DNA of 64,000 nucleotides from Candidatus Azotimanducaceae bacterium (GTDB lineage Bacteria; Pseudomonadota; Gammaproteobacteria; Pseudomonadales; Azotimanducaceae): NCBI GenBank assembly GCA_965200505.1, contig OZ241343.1, positions 841,302 to 905,301 of the forward strand, read 5' to 3'. Shown piece by piece: positions 63,359 to 64,000 of this stretch (position 1 is its first letter; each line of letters starts with the position of its first letter). The notes under the pieces were generated by a model. It saw only the letters and a program-made list of their open reading frames with translations, ran no database searches and was not told where the DNA came from. The position numbers and the translations under genes were made by a program.

Positions 63359-64000
63359 CGTTTCACGCCCGGCTGGGGGTCCTTGACCAGGCACAGCGTG
63401 AGCTTTGGCCAGCGCTTGCGGAAGTGCCGGCCAACTTTGTTCTATATGGGGGCACGGCGCTGGCGCTGCGTCTGGCACACCGGGCGTCCGTGGACTTCGA
63501 TTTCTTCACCAGCGAGCCGCTTGATTCGGAGCGGCTGCTGCGGCTGCCATTGGCCAAGAGCGCAGATGTGCTGCAACGACAGCCGGACACATTGACGCTT
63601 TCGGTCACCACATCCGGGCCTGTGAAGGTCTCGTTCTTCGGCGGCTTGGATTTCGGCCGCGTGGGCGAGCCGGCACATACCGCTGACGGTGTGACGCAGG
63701 TGGCTTCCACACTGGACATCTTCGCCACCAAACTCAAGGTGCTCCTGCAGCGTGTGCAGGTGCGTGACTACCAGGACTTGGCCGCGATTCTCCGCGCCGG
63801 CCTCGCGCTGCGCGACGGCTTGGGTGCGGCAGCCACCTTGTTCGGCAGAACCTTCCCCGCTGTCGAGGCGGTTAAGGCGTTGGGCTACTTCCAAGGCGAC
63901 ACGGCAAGGTTGCCGGCCGAGGACCGCCACATCCTCACCGAGGCGGCGGCGGACTGGGATTATACGCTGGCCAGCGTCCCGCGCAGAGCGACCACGCTCG
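63355..64000 (+). CDS. Nucleotidyltransferase, AbiEii/AbiGii toxin-like family; 3' end runs off the window
   Basis: Own translation; absent from the track because no stop lies in the window. VTFHARLGVLDQAQRELWPALAEVPANFVLYGGTALALRLAHRASVDFDFFTSEPL...DIFATKLKVLLQRVQVRDYQDLAAIL. The GGTAL...HR.S.D.D signature is present. Confidence 0.75.
   Translation, partial: MTFHARLGVLDQAQRELWPALAEVPANFVLYGGTALALRLAHRASVDFDFFTSEPLDSERLLRLPLAKSADVLQRQPDTLTLSVTTSGPVKVSFFGGLDFGRVGEPAHTADGVTQVASTLDIFATKLKVLLQRVQVRDYQDLAAILRAGLALRDGLGAAATLFGRTFPAVEAVKALGYFQGDTARLPAEDRHILTEAAADWDYTLASVPRRATTL

Overview
High-GC proteobacterial (gammaproteobacterium-like) chromosomal segment, annotated by eye from the ORF track and my own translations. 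No searches were run, so family names rest on motif recognition. (1) 1-27 kb looks mostly core. It holds rlmB-rnr, tRNA-Leu(CAG), and an arylsulfotransferase-like beta-propeller gene divergent from a 2,111-aa repeat-rich surface protein with a C17 tract in its leader. It also holds SDR, esterase, ClpP, hydrolase, FAH and dgkA genes, and a 7-kb minus-strand operon encoding a LolA-like protein, three tandem MacB/FtsX-type permeases, one ABC ATPase and an outer-membrane protein. The most notable gene here is a peroxiredoxin-like gene with an in-frame TGA exactly at the redox Cys position, followed by a SECIS-like hairpin (candidate selenoprotein). (2) 27-53 kb is a compositionally mosaic accessory region, visibly AT-richer at about 28.9-39.3 kb and 50.5-52.9 kb. 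One block is a tightly packed operon of ECF sigma, FecR, a TonB-dependent receptor, two NTF2-like proteins, a P450, a beta-propeller/DUF1330 protein and a dehydrogenase. A second TonB-dependent receptor has a G13 tract that breaks its canonical signal peptide and is flanked by three serine hydrolases. A third receptor locus lost its sigma/anti-sigma genes through a microhomology deletion. Four copies of an unclassified 40-95 bp repeat and several gene remnants mark the module boundaries. (3) 53-64 kb is a defence-type island. It carries two AbiEii-like nucleotidyltransferase pairs plus a remnant, a DUF4143 AAA ATPase preceded by a perfect 30-bp palindrome, and a NotI-like endonuclease with a Zn-ribbon DNA methylase. 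It also carries a PhyH/MaoC/methyltransferase operon and a gene broken by a 13-bp tandem duplication. No rRNA, CRISPR array, transposase or integrase was seen. Many long ORFs in the track are high-GC antisense or alternate-frame artefacts and were rejected.
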